Of a stretch of 64,000 bases of DNA, positions 52,150 to 64,000 are shown one piece after another; within the stretch, counting starts at the first letter, position 1; every line of letters starts with the position of its first letter. The position numbers were made by a program, and so were the translations under genes. Origin of the DNA: Camelus dromedarius (taxonomy: Eukaryota); the NCBI RefSeq assembly GCF_036321535.1, contig NC_087436.1, positions 31,994,001 to 32,058,000 on the forward strand, given 5' to 3'. The notes under the pieces are model-generated. The model was not told the DNA's origin. It did not search any database and was given only the letters and a program-made list of their open reading frames with translations.

Positions 52150-52370
52150 GTTGTTGCATAACAAACCACTCCAAAACTTCATGGCTTAACCAAACAACAG
52201 TCATGTATTCTCAGAAATCTGCGATTTGGGTGGGGCTCAGTGGTGACCTGTCATTTTTGCTCCAGTGGCATCAGATGTCAGTGGGGGTGACTCTCCTGGG
52301 CCTGAAGACCAATCTCTAAGGTGGCTCACTCACATGGCTGGCAAGTTGCTGGTGTCAACTGGGAGCTCAT
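52150..52370 (-). mobile_element. MaLR LTR fragment (MLT1F/H-like)
   Basis: tgcataacaaaccactccaaaactt..tggcttaa...ggtggctcactcacatggctggcaagttg. Confidence 0.75.
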
Positions 52371-53699
52371 CTTTATTTAGGGTCAATCCCCAGATTTACT
52401 AAAAGACAAGTAATGGAAACGAGAATTACTTGAAACTTCTTCAAAGGATGTGCCTTACTCTCAACTGATAAATGACCCTTCAGAGATCATTGAGAAAGAT
52501 ACCACTGATGCTGGGATTGTTTTCCTTGTAAGAATTACAGAAAATGAGGAGAACATTTGTTATCTAGGTCTTTGTAAATGCCAGGAGAGCCCCTGCACTT
52601 TACAGGAAAAGATATCTGAATTTTGGGTACCTTTTGGTCACAGCTCCTTCTTGGAACTTCTCCTTTGTAAAAATACTTTAAATAGCTGCAAGAAGATAGG
52701 GAGAGGGTGAAAAGATGTGTACAAATCCTTGTATCTCTGACAAACAAGAGGCAAATAACAAAAACTAGCTTTTCCCTAATCTTCTTACTCATGATTCAAA
52801 ATAGTTCTGCTCATGGGTTTCTAGAAGGTTTTTACCATGGGTGAGCCAGGTGGTTGTTCCTCACCAGCATTCTAAGGTACTGATTGCCATTAAAGGCCAT
52901 CAGAGTTCACTTGAAAGTTTTTAACACTGAGACCTGATTTCCAAAACACTTTGACACTTCAAAATCAGGCAAGAGGTTGGAGTGCCAGTGCTGGCCCTCC
53001 CCCTAGGTACACCTGGAAAACATAAAAGGGCAGGGATGGCTGATTCTGAGACAAGACGGTCACCCCCCATGCCCCTGAACACACACCACTGGGACTGCTG
53101 GGCTGTTGCAGAGGGTCCAAGGAGGAAACAATTTGAAAAACACATGGGGAGAACTGAGGGGCAAGTTTTGTTCTACTTCCTCATTTCTGCTAACTTGAAA
53201 ATACAAGGGGTATCTGAAACTATCAGATGTGACTTAGTACACGTTTTGATCATGATGCAGTATTTCTGCAAGTTACATCTTTGCCTGTGTTTTATTATCT
53301 GAGAACAGATTTAAACAAGCCAGCTTTTTCTCTGTGGTGAAGTCTCTCAGGACATCATTGTTAACAACAGGCACCCACCACTGACCCACATCATTGGCCA
53401 AGAGTTGAAGTATTTCTCAAACACTGAAAGCATTGAAATAAGTCTTAGGAGCAGGTGTTAACCCTTTCACCCTCTGCCTTCCACTAGTGTAACTTGGTCA
53501 AATCACAGTAAGTTAAAGAGGCATTTGGAGAGCAAGTTCTACTTCACTACCCATATAAACACACTCTGAGTTCTTTCCTTCCTTTACCTCTCCCTATCAC
53601 TTGTTAGTGCTTACCACCCTATCCTTGGTGTCTAGGAAGTCCCCATCTCCTGATTTTCCTCCACATCTCAGATTTCCTCCACCTTCCTTACTCTAAGTC

Positions 53700-53855
53700 T
53701 GTACCCAAACCCAGTGTCTGAGGTTTTCCCCCACACCATGCAATTCTGTGACACCACCTGGGCGTCTTACAATTCAACTCAATTCTGACACTATCCACCT
53801 GGATGTAGCATCAGATCCCACAGGTTAAGGACTCAGCCCAACAAGACTGCTCCAA
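53700..53855 (-). mobile_element. MER21-like LTR fragment
   Basis: tacaattcaactcaattctgacactatccacctgga..tcagatcccacaggttaaggactcagcccaacaagactgc. Confidence 0.7.
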
Positions 53856-54222
53856 TTAAATAATAAGGAAATGGACACACAGGATAAATGAGATCACACA
53901 TTATTTGGTGACATTTAGTGTCAGAGCCTTGTCAGAGCATTTGCTTTACAAAATAAAGATTTGTTTTATAAAATAAAGAGCAGGGCCACATCCACCCTCC
54001 AGGCCAGCAGTAACCCACCACGCAGCACCTTTGGAGAAAGGTCACTCAACCAGTTTTGAATCCACCTAGTTGAGGGCAAAGTACCCTAGACCAGGATGGC
54101 ATTTTCCACCTTCCTCTTTATCAGCTTTCCATCTGGTCTCATCCAAACAACAGCCTGTAGTTCACACCGAAATGTAATCTCCAAAGTCCACATGTATTTT
54201 GCATCTATGTCCTTTGTCTACA

Positions 54223-54569
54223 CAGTAGTCCTTTGGTATCAGCGAGGGTCAGTTCCAGGATCCCCAATGATACCAAAATCCTAGATGCTCAAGTCCCTCA
54301 TATAAAATGGCATAGTCCCTGCATATAACCTACGCATATCCTCCCATATACTTTAAATCATCTCTGGATTGCTTATAATACCTAACACAGAGTAAATGCT
54401 ATGTAAATAGTTAAAAATACAATGTAAAAGCTATGTAAATAGTTGCTGGTACAGGGAAAATTCAAGTTTTGCTTTTTAGAACTTTCTGGGATTTTTTTTT
54501 TTTTAATATTTTCAATCCATGGTTGGTTGAATCTGTGGATGCAGAATCCACAGATACCAAGGGTGTCTG
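54223..54569 (+). mobile_element. MER2B-like TcMar-Tigger MITE
   Basis: Terminal repeats cagtagtcctttggtatc / gataccaagggtgtctg followed by TA; gatgctcaagtccctcatataaaatgg; doubled aaatgctatgtaaatagtt motif. Confidence 0.9.
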
Positions 54570-54944
54570 TAGTCAGAAAGAGTATTATACAACATCATAC
54601 AGCATTGGAATTGTGGGTTTTTACATCCCATTTCTTTCTGCATTTGGTATGAGCCCTGCATGAGCTAACTGGCTCAACTATTCTGAGCTGTCGAACCCCT
54701 TATTCAAATAAAATCTTACTGCTAGCAAATAAATGTTTAAAACACTGACTTGCTCTGGCTGATGTGGGTGTGAAATCCTGAGCCCACTTTGCCTCTCATT
54801 CCCATCACTCCTTGGGATTCTGCAGAACCTCAAGGTTGAAAAACCACCGGGTGAGAGCACTGAATGAAGTTCAAGGGGTCAACTCCACACCATTGTTCCA
54901 GGTTTTGCCACAGGCCCTGCAGTATCCCCAACAGCAACATGACA

Positions 54945-55190
54945 ATGGTCATGTGGGCCAACTCTGGAAAAGACCACCAGGGTTCAGAGCCCCACCTCTC
55001 CCACTCACTAGCTGAGGCTCATTGAACAATTTACTTAACCTCTCTGTATCTGAACTTTCTCAAGACAAAGATCATAATGGTTCCTGCCTCTTTGCTTGTT
55101 AAAGGGATTAAATGAGTTTATAGGTAGAGGAAGCTTAGAAGAATGCCTGTCTGACCCACAGAGGTGGTAAATAAATATTTTCTATTTACC
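54945..55190 (+). mobile_element. MIR SINE
   Basis: gggttcagagccc..ccactcactagctg...ttacttaacctctctgt...gggattaaatgagtt. Confidence 0.75.
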
Positions 55191-56239
55191 ATCCAAAATC
55201 TTACTGTATTTGTAAAGAAGACCTGGGGGCAAAGTGTAAGTGACTCAGCACAGTCCTACTGTCACAGAACACAGCCTGTGTTAGCAGTCAGCACTGTCTT
55301 CTTTCTACATAAGGTACCAGAGACTGTCCCTTTGCAAACTATGTCTTGCAGTGGATGAAGTGGTAACTTGGGGCCTTAAAAGAGACATTGGCATCATCCA
55401 ACAGAGTCAAGGGCTCCACAAAGGAGTTTACTTCCCAAGGTTTACTAGAGATTTAGGTCAGGTGAGAGATTGTACACAGTGCACAGCTTTTCATTGGAAA
55501 TGGACTAGGCCATTTGATTAGACTTATAAATCCAAGGTTAATTGGGAGTTGAGCACTGTACGGCTAGGAAATAGGGTACTTGGCATGTTTGTGTATTTCT
55601 GAATCTGTTCCCTGTTTATATCTACAAACATATGCCATTAATTTATGATTTTCCTTCTATAGGCTTCACCACGGTAACACAAATAGAGATTAGTCATTAA
55701 ATCCAGGAGGAATTTGAGAACAGGACATAAAATTTGAAGAAGGTTATACACTGAGGGGGAAAAAGGATGACGTAATAAGTAAAAGCAACAGAAAATCAGC
55801 TGTTAAATCTTTGGGATAGTGCATTTTTACAAGTTGTTTTTAATAATACTCATTATATTGTACTTTAATCCGTGGTCCCCCAAGCTAAGCTAAGACTCCC
55901 AAGAGAAGGGGAAAGGACTTTCTAAATAGTGTAAATAGGTTCTTTAAATGAAAAGAAAGAAAGAAAGACCACCAAATCTTGTCCTTCCTGAGTTTGTATT
56001 TTCTTTATTACTTTTTGTTCACCAAACCTGCAGGGAAAATAGAGTGTGCAGATATCAACTCTATTTCCTGAGTGCCTGTTTTCCCAACTAAAACCTGGAA
56101 GGAGAACATGGAACCTGAGGTTTTTCAGGCTCAGCTTCAGTCAGACCCCTTCCTGGCTAGTGCAGGAAATGTAGAAATGGCTTTGTCAGCATCTTCATGC
56201 ACATCTCTCTGATTAGAGTGGAAGGAACTGGTGATAAAA

Positions 56240-56580
56240 CAGTCCACGTTTCTCATCCTCAATTGTAAAAATCCAAAAGGCTCTGCAACCAAAAGTTTTT
56301 TTCCATAAATTTGGCACCAAATTTGTCTGGTGGCAAAAATCTGATCTTCTTGACATATAGCCGGGTGTAGCCATTCTTCGTCTCACTTAGGGTGATGATA
56401 TATACATTGTGTGGTGGAAGCATGATTGTATTTGTTTACAGGGTGCTGGCCCAGACCCTCATTGAAAATAACTATATAATATATGCGATATACACCATTC
56501 TGCCTTTCTAAAATCTAGAAAATTTTGAATTTCTAAGTATATCTGGCCCCTTGTGTTTAGATAAAGAATGTTGGGCCTGT
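56240..56580 (+). mobile_element. MER96B-like DNA transposon
   Basis: aaatccaaaaggctctg..accaaaagtttttttc; end atctggccccttgtgtttagataaagaatgttgggcctgt, a degenerate inverted match to the start acagtccacg. Confidence 0.65.
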
Positions 56581-57074
56581 CTGAAGTGTTTTGAGGTTGT
56601 AGGAGGTCTGAAAAGAAAGGACACACTTTGGTTCTGCAGAAGGAAACCTGAACTGCAAATCTAGAAGTGCTTCAGACGGATGGGAACTCAAAGGAGAGTT
56701 GTCAGTAGGTATTATCTATCTTGTGAGGGGCAGGAAACCAGTGCAGTGAGTGACAAAAATCAGTCAGCAGCCACACTCCTTGACCAACTACGCATCACTG
56801 CCCACCCAGTCCAGGCTGAGGCCCAGCGGAGCACACAACAGAGGGTACTGCCGCTCCTGCCTCCTAGAATCCTTATGTCCGAACCCACAACAGGGGCTTT
56901 TGCCATAATCTTTCTTCATTTTTCCACTCTCTTTCACTGTCTCTCTACTCTAAACAATTTCTCTTCTATCTTTACAAGTTCCAAACTAATTTCCACTCCG
57001 AATTGATAGTAAGTTTGGGAAATCTAAAAGGAGCAATATTAGTTTCATTCTGGTTATACTTTTTTTTTAAAAAA

Positions 57075-57310
57075 TTCTGGATTCAGACTGGCTGGGTTCA
57101 AATTATGGCTCCACTACTTCCTAGTGATGTGACTGTAGGTGAATAATTTAATCTCCTTGTGCCTCAGGTTCCTCATGCATAAAATAGGGATAATAGTACT
57201 GATGTCACACAGTTGTTGAGAGGATTAAATGAGCTAACACTACACGAAGCACTTAGAACAGTGCTCGACATATTGTGAGCGTTCTGTAAATGGAAGCTAC
57301 TGTTATTTCT
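57075..57310 (+). mobile_element. MIR SINE
   Basis: ctgggttcaaattatggctccactact...gtgcctcaggttcctcat..aaaatagggataatagtac...gaggattaaatgag. Confidence 0.9.
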
Positions 57311-58965
57311 GCAGCTGTCTGTGACTGTCTTCTAAACGAGCTACATACACTGATAATAGGTTTGTTTTCTTTATAGGATCCCTTATATCAAGTTTCCTAA
57401 AATGGTAGCATAAGGACATTGACTGATCAATAATGATTTGTTACATATGAAGATAAAGGAGGAGAAAATAACAAGAAAATAGGTGCACAATCAAAACCTC
57501 CGTATGAAATTACAATTAGCCTTCATTACATTGCCAACTGTAACATTCTGGTGGTGTGCAGTTTCTCCCCCTCCCCTTTCCTCCTCTTGATAATTTGTTT
57601 CTAAAGCTAAGAAATAAAGTAAAAAGAGGATAATAAAACATTTGACATACAAATTTCAAAATAAAGTCATCAGGCAGGAACAAATCTTTGAGGATGTCCT
57701 TCATATTATGTTCACATTTTTGTTTTCAGATTACCCGTCCCTTAAGTTAATGTGAATAATGTTAATAGCACTGTCCAGCTAAGAATGCACTAACAATTGA
57801 TCCTGCATTAAATTGAACCCCAATTACTTAAGCATTATAACTAGAAATCTTTCCAATGATATATCCTTCCCTGATATCTCACAAAGCTGTTCCATTCAGA
57901 GTTAGACCTTGGAAAAGATACTCCTTGACCTTCCCCAAGACATCAAAAATGACACCGGTCCAAACCAGCCTGTGGGTCATCTCCACCACTGGATTTATAA
58001 TTTTCAGGTGCATTTTCAGTGCTCCCCACCCTGTGTCCCTGGTTGTACTGGAAAGACTGGGAACCCCACATACTCACCACTTCTCTCACCTCCTGCTCTG
58101 ACTACAAGATTAATATTGGGGCAGCTGTGACTTTTCTCTTAAGTCAGCCCTCACTGCACCAACTCATATTTGTCTCAGTCGAATTCCCCTCCACCCTATT
58201 TTATTTATCAAAAAAATACATACCGAAAAGAATGCCCAACTTAAGGTGGGGAAAAAAAATCACAGCTAAATGTAGGTTTAAAGCTGAAGAGACTTGAGAC
58301 TGAAAAACTGCCAGTTCTTACTGCTCACTTACTCACATGAGGGTTTACAGCTCCTGAAATCATGCCAGGGCTTTGAAAATGAAAGCTTGCAGTTAGAAAA
58401 CGATGGCTCATGACAGCAACGATCAGTCATGTGATAGGCCAAGCGTTTTCCGTCATTGCCTTCCTCAATCAGACAGGGCTCAGAAACAGAGGTTAATCGG
58501 TCAGATAGCACCCACAGAGGCTGAGGGCAGCAGAATCTGGCTGCAGCAATTAATCATTTAATTGCTTTCTGATTCACTTTAAATGTCTTTTAAAAAGATA
58601 TTAAAGAAAAACATTATTGAAAGAACATTTTAGACTATTTAATAAAGATCCAATATACCCTTTGTGAACCAGGAAATAAATGGATCTCTAGCCCAACCCT
58701 GTTCAATGTTTTCTTGGGTAACACTTACTTACACAGAGGAAGGAATGACAAATTCTCTGCAGCAGGCAAGAGAAAAAGCATGTATAAAATCACTTAGGAA
58801 AGAAGGCATGTGTGTAAATAAAAATGAACTTCTTGTTTGTTTGGCTGTTTGGGTTTTTCAGCTGAAGAGTAGGGTGTGCTCTCCCACCAGGAGTTGGTAG
58901 GAAAGCCTAGAAACATAGTAAACTAGATTTTAGGAGGCCTTGAATGCTGAGATGAAAGAGCCTGG

Positions 58966-58969
58966 ACTC

Positions 58970-58994
<25 letters not shown>
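58966..58994 (+). mobile_element. Poly(A)-only retrotransposition scar with TSD
   Basis: AAAGAGCCTGG (58955-58965) - ACTC - pure A run (28 A, 58970-58997) - AAAGAGCCTGG (58995-59005). Confidence 0.75.
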
Positions 58995-59002
<8 letters not shown>

Positions 59003-60179
59003 TGGTTGATCTATTAATTAGGCAGTGGGAGCCACTGAAGATTTCTGAGCAGAGAAAGCAACATGCATAGGGACTAGCATGCACTGTGGGGTCCATCAGC
59101 CCTAGGTTATAACTCTAGCCGTGGCCCTCACTAGCTGGTGTGAGCACATCATGACCTTTTGGAGCCTCCCAAGCTGTACAACAGACGTGATTGTACCACC
59201 TCCAGGGTCACCGAAACATTAGAAATAATACATGTAACACACACATTCCAGGGCTTGGCACAGAAAAAGCATCTAGTAAATGGTGTTAGCTGTTCCTCCT
59301 ACTGTGCTCTGGGTAGGAAAGTCAAAGGGGAAGAGGGGGGGAGGAGGGAGACTGGGGCTGTCCAAGAAAGAGGTAAAGCAGCTAAACAAGGCAGAATACA
59401 GGCAAGGGGAGTGGCAAAGAGAAAACAGGACAGACTACTAGGGACACAACAAAGGTAGAACCCAAGGAAATGGAGACTAAGAAAGATTAACTCACCCAGA
59501 GCTATTTGACAATGACTGGACATAACCAAGGGAATAGGGGAAGCCAGAGAGACTCCAAGAATCAGGCTGAGATAAGCATCACACAAGTCAGAGATATGCA
59601 AACTTCTACTAGATCCAAAATAAATAACAAACATAAATAAATGCCAAACACTGAGCTTACATATCTAGAATGACTATGGAAATAAATAAGCAAAACCATA
59701 TTCCTTTCTGCAATGATCCCATCTGAATGCCTAATAATAAGAGCTGCCCTGAGAATGATTTTCAAATCCACAGGGCCAGGTGATTTGGGCTGTAACATTA
59801 CTCAGAGTCGTACCCCAGTCAGTGTCCTCTTTCAACACACCTTCACCATGGCTCCCCTCTTCACATCACCTGCACCACACACCTCCCACCATTTCCTCAG
59901 GCTCCTCCTATCAGTTTTATTGTCACCACTCACTTTATGATCCTTCTCAGCACAAATAACTGCTGATGCTCTCCTTAGGCTAGAACAGCCAGCCCCACAA
60001 GACTCGCCTGCTTGGATAACAGGTAGAGAAATACCTGGCACTTGAGAACAGCAGGGTAGCACCTAATAACTCACTGCACCTGACATTTTCATTACACACT
60101 GCATTAGAAGTTTCTTCAGGAAGCAGCCTTAATAATTTTGCGCCACACTGCTCAGTGGGGATTGATATTACTTACTTAC

Positions 60180-60311
60180 ACATAGGCGCGGCAGCCACTC
60201 TTCCAGCACAAGCTTCTGTCCTCGTCTGGGTCATTGTGGGTTTCAGCCGTGTCAGCTCCATGTAATTCACAAAGGAATCAACCCACAGACACTTCCCAGC
60301 CACGCATGTGC
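60180..60311 (-). other. Candidate spliced exon (132 nt) of an unidentified minus-strand gene; one frame open
   Basis: Acceptor TCTCCCTTGTGTGTCCTGGCAG|GC, donor TGT|GTAAGT. Phase 1-1 frame reads TCVAGKCLWVDSFVNYMELTRLKPTMTQTRTEACAGRVAAAPM. GC/CpG-richer than flanks. Peptide not recognised. Confidence 0.5.
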
Positions 60312-61174
60312 CTGCCAGGACACACAAGGGAGACTACAGTGTATATAAATGCACTTTAATATTGCAGTATACCTTTTGGGATGTATGTCTAATTTGTTAC
60401 AACACGCAGAAAAGCTGACAAGCTACTTCGAGCCTTTTTAGAGGTCTCTGTTTTGCACGGGCTGCCCTAGGGAAGCACAGGATTGCACTGTCTTCCCACT
60501 CACCACCCTCCTGCTCTCCCTACAGGGGCCTTTCCACCTAAGCTTGCTCTGGAGCACTTAGAAGGTCTAATGAGACTCTGGGGCTGGGGAGTGGGGGGTC
60601 AGGGGGTTGTTCCTGCATAACTTTCCTCTTCTTCCACTAAAGCTGTTTTTCTTGAACATCTCTGAGAAAACATTAAATATGGTTTAACTTTATTTTATCA
60701 TTAACTTCGGGACAAATGTCCTGCTGACTTCTCTCCAGTTAATGATGTACTTCCTGTGCAACCCGACTGGCTCCAGAATAACAAAACTCAATACACAGTG
60801 TTTTGTATGTTAAAATGTTTTATGCTTTACAAAGGGAAGTGGGACTTGGGGAGGGGGTTGATGACAATGTAAGGTCAAAGGTTGTTTAGAAGTCAAATCA
60901 TTATAGATGGGTAAGTGTTCCTTCTGGGTTCTTCACAATATCCTTAACCCAGGAGCACATGACACTGGGCACTAAATGGACTATTTGCATGGCTGGCCCT
61001 CTGATTGTGTGCAAGTGTTTCTCTTTCCAAGTTATTCCTGGTTCAGAGGAGTGGACATGATAGCAATGGTTAAGGTTTCCACATTTTTTTATCTCTGTGA
61101 ACCAGAACAATATTAGTGATGAACATTCACTAGTCATTGAGTGCTACTGCTTCTGTTTCACTCCCATGTCACCA

Positions 61175-61330
61175 CTCCGTGAAATAAGGTATTATTATTA
61201 CTCCCATTTTACAGATGAAGAAACTGAGCCTTAGAGAGTTTAGATAATTTATCCAAGGCCAGACAGCTGGTACCTGGGAAAACCAGAACTCGAATCCAGT
61301 TCTTTTACACCAGAGTCAGAGTTACAAGTC
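61175..61330 (-). mobile_element. MIR SINE
   Basis: attattactcccattttacagatgaagaaactgag...ttatccaaggccagacagctgg. Confidence 0.85.
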
Positions 61331-62000
61331 ATGATAACTCACCAGAACAATGGCATCTGCAAATGATATTCCAGGAGCACTTACAAGAAAAATCTAGCTT
61401 GATATCCACAATTAGGAGAAAAATACCCCTCAGAGCTCACTATTATGAGTTGGATTCCACATATACCTATGACTATATAATGACCTTAACCATTTCAGGA
61501 AAAAGTACATCATTTTTGTGATATTTATTGACTTCTTACTCTATAAAAGACACACAGCTAATTAATTACTAAATGGAAGAGGTTGGGTGTTGAGAAGAGT
61601 AAAATGTCCATTTCTCAAGGTACCTATAATCTAGCTAAGTAGACAAGCCCTAAATACACACCGTGTATACACTGGTATGATGCCGGGACAGGCCTTGCAA
61701 AGCTTGATGAGATTCATTACCAACTTAACAATACAGAGCAAAAGTGCTAGGATGAGTCAGGTGAGAGAGACTTCTCTCCAATCAGGAGGGGTGAGAGAAG
61801 ATTAGATTGGAGAGATGGGACTTGAGGTGGGAACTGACAGAGGGGTAGCACTTGAGGAGGTTGGAGATTGCTGGAAAGTGGAAGGGGCATCCAGGAGAAG
61901 TGAGAACGTATCCCTGGAGTGGATGCAAGGTCTCCACAGTCCTATGTCATTACATGTGCTTGACTGGAATGCAGCACTAGCACAGTTGACAATGACACAC

Positions 62001-62366
62001 TGTTATAGAAGGAATTGTGTCCCCCTGAAATTCATGAGCCAAACACCTAACCCCCAGTATCATAGTATTTAGAGATAGGGCCTTAAAAGAAGTAATTCAG
62101 GTCATAAAGGTGGGCCCCTAATCCAATGTCTTTATAAGAAAAAGAAGAAACAACAGAGATGCCCAAGCACAGAGGAAAGAACAAGTCAGGACACAGAAAG
62201 AAGGCAGCAATCTGCAAGCCAAGGAGAGAGAACTCAGGAGAAACCAAACCTGCCAACACCTTGATCATGGACTTGCAGCCTCCAGAACTGTGAAAGAATA
62301 AATTTCTGTTGTTTAAGCCATCCAGTCTGTGGTATTTGGTTATAGCAGCCCTAGTAGACTAATACA
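62001..62366 (+). mobile_element. MaLR solo LTR, MLT1B-like
   Basis: tgttatag..aattgtgtcccc...gcctccagaactgtga..aataaatttctgttgtttaagcca...gactaataca; 5-bp TSD cacac (61996-62000) / tacac (62367-62371). Confidence 0.9.
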
Positions 62367-62737
62367 TACACCTTCATCTGTTTCACATATAACTTCCCTG
62401 CCCTGGCTCAACCTGCTACCTGGATCCTATGCTACCTTGGATCCTAACTGTCCTAGAGTGCTTGAAACCTGGAGTGGCAAGTTTCTAAACCAATGCGCTG
62501 TTCTATTTGGTTATCATGGAGCCCTCTAGGAATACTTGAACAAGCTGAAGATGATCCAAGGCAGTGTATTTCAAATTCCCTATGGTGAAGAACCAGTTTT
62601 CCCCCATTCCTTTGCTGACAGATAGATAATCTTACCATGTTGAGTAGGCGGCAGCACCCACAAGCAACTCACTGTGCAAATTTAACAACTCTATTCAACA
62701 GTGTCTCCTGATCAGGTGTGCAGATATGGCAGCCAGG

Positions 62738-62936
62738 CAGTGATGTGCTGGTAAGTGTTCAGCCCCTGATTCTTGAGGGTGGGAGGAGTCCTGATTTGTA
62801 GCATTTGCCCATTTGTAAGATAAAAAAATTTCCTACCACGACTGACTTCAAGCTACCTACTTGAAGTCACTGAGCCACAGAGATGCGAAAAGATGCCCAA
62901 AATTGGCTCTCTCTAACCACCTCCAGCACATCACAG
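62738..62936 (+). mobile_element. MER63-like hAT-Blackjack MITE
   Basis: Terminal repeats cagtgatgtgctgg / ccagcacatcacag; internal ctgatttgtagcatttgcc and gacttcaagctacc. Confidence 0.8.
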
Positions 62937-64000
62937 TGGCAATGTAAAATTACTAAAAGGTTTCTAAATACTTACTGTCATTTTTATACTTAATTCCTTG
63001 CAGAAGGCATATCACACTTTGTGTAACACTGACCCAAATTTTTTAAGTGTAGGAGTCCCCAAAGAGGTCCCCTCAAGTCCATTAGCTCACTATTTCATTA
63101 AGATAAACTCCAGACCCACAAAGTTCTAAGAAAGTATTTTCAGAAAGGGCCTATTTACCCCAAATGGTATGAAAAACTGGTAGGAGCTCAGCTCTTGTCT
63201 TCTATCCCTCTTTTTTTCATCCTTCTAGAAATATTATCTCAAAGACCTTCTCCCTACCTCCTCTTTTACTTTTTCCCTTTCCTTGTCCTCCCTTTCCTAA
63301 AGTATTTTTCTTCCATTTCCAACAGTCACAAGCACAACCTTTCCAATGGTCCACTCTTTCTCCTATAACTTGGCTTTATTGTGGGGATGGGATGCTAGTC
63401 TTTGTTATAGGAAGCAATGAGGGGATTAAGCCACTCAGACAACTCAAGGGTAGAACCCAAAGCAGCCAGAAGATTTAAAGGGCCTACAGGATTAAAGGCA
63501 AAAAATGGAGAGTTATGTTAGCCTTCTTTAGCCTTGTTTTCCCAAACCCAATTCAGCTTTGTTATCTTTTCTTTTCTTTCTTTTTTTTTTTTTTTCAAAC
63601 ACAGAGCCACCCATTAGTAGAACAGCCAAAGCCTGTGGCATACAGAACAGTGATTGGAATGGGAGTGATCAGCACTGAAGTCCAGACAGGAGGTAATTAG
63701 GGCTGACCTTGGGAGGTGGCCATGAGAATAGAAACAAAAACACAGATACAAGCCATAAAGCCATATTCTGAAGTAAAACCGACAAGATAGGATCACTGAT
63801 TAGAGATAGAATAGCAGGGGCAGGGGAGGAAGATGGTGCAAGGTTTTGAACATGGACTGCAGCCAGATGAGTCATCCTGGAGCTCAGATCCAATTGAGTT
63901 ACTCAAATGAGAAAAAACCTTGGATGGCTCCAAGCTCACCACACACAGAAGAAAGTCTAAATTCCAGGACTGCCACAATTCTGCACCTAATTATCAGCAA

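Noticed and set aside
62843..62869. Hairpin TGACTTCAAG-ctaccta-CTTGAAGTCA as a structured RNA
   Set aside because: It lies inside the MER63-like MITE and is too short for a pre-miRNA.
41..63978. ORF-track ORFs of 60-147 aa as protein-coding genes
   Set aside because: Short, compositionally biased, often inside repeats, many with non-ATG starts, and none resembling a known cellular protein. Those with recognisable motifs (6589, 29687, 30660, 42916, 13871) are transposon remnants.

Overview
Mammalian, AT-rich, repeat-dense non-coding DNA. It is most likely camelid, because of a tRNA-Ala-derived SINE resembling the camelid vic-1 family and young L1 3' tails of a type I associate with camelids; I saw no Alu, Bov-A/tA or PRE-1 SINEs. 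No protein-coding gene can be supported: the ORF track consists of chance ORFs or decayed L1 ORF2 and hAT transposase remnants. The window looks like the interior of a long intron (or several). Most L1s and LTRs lie on +, and there are candidate spliced exons on - (best: 60180-60311 and 232-417), which suggests an unidentified host gene transcribed on -. The content is mainly MIR, L2, old L1M, MaLR/ERVL/ERV1 solo LTRs and DNA-transposon fossils, several nested and with readable target-site duplications (TSDs). The most notable structures are a TSD-flanked chimeric L1 + non-L1 retro-insertion (3' transduction-like, 6599-7203), an old L1 with twin-priming 5' inversion geometry inside a MER5A (17184-17949), a poly(A)-only insertion (58966-58994), a nested LTR cluster (48040-50280) and a paired ARE/NF-E2 + ETS enhancer candidate (24895-25030). 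I found no convincing new biological system. Repeat family names come from recall of consensus sequences, not a database search, and boundaries lacking a TSD or terminal repeat are approximate.
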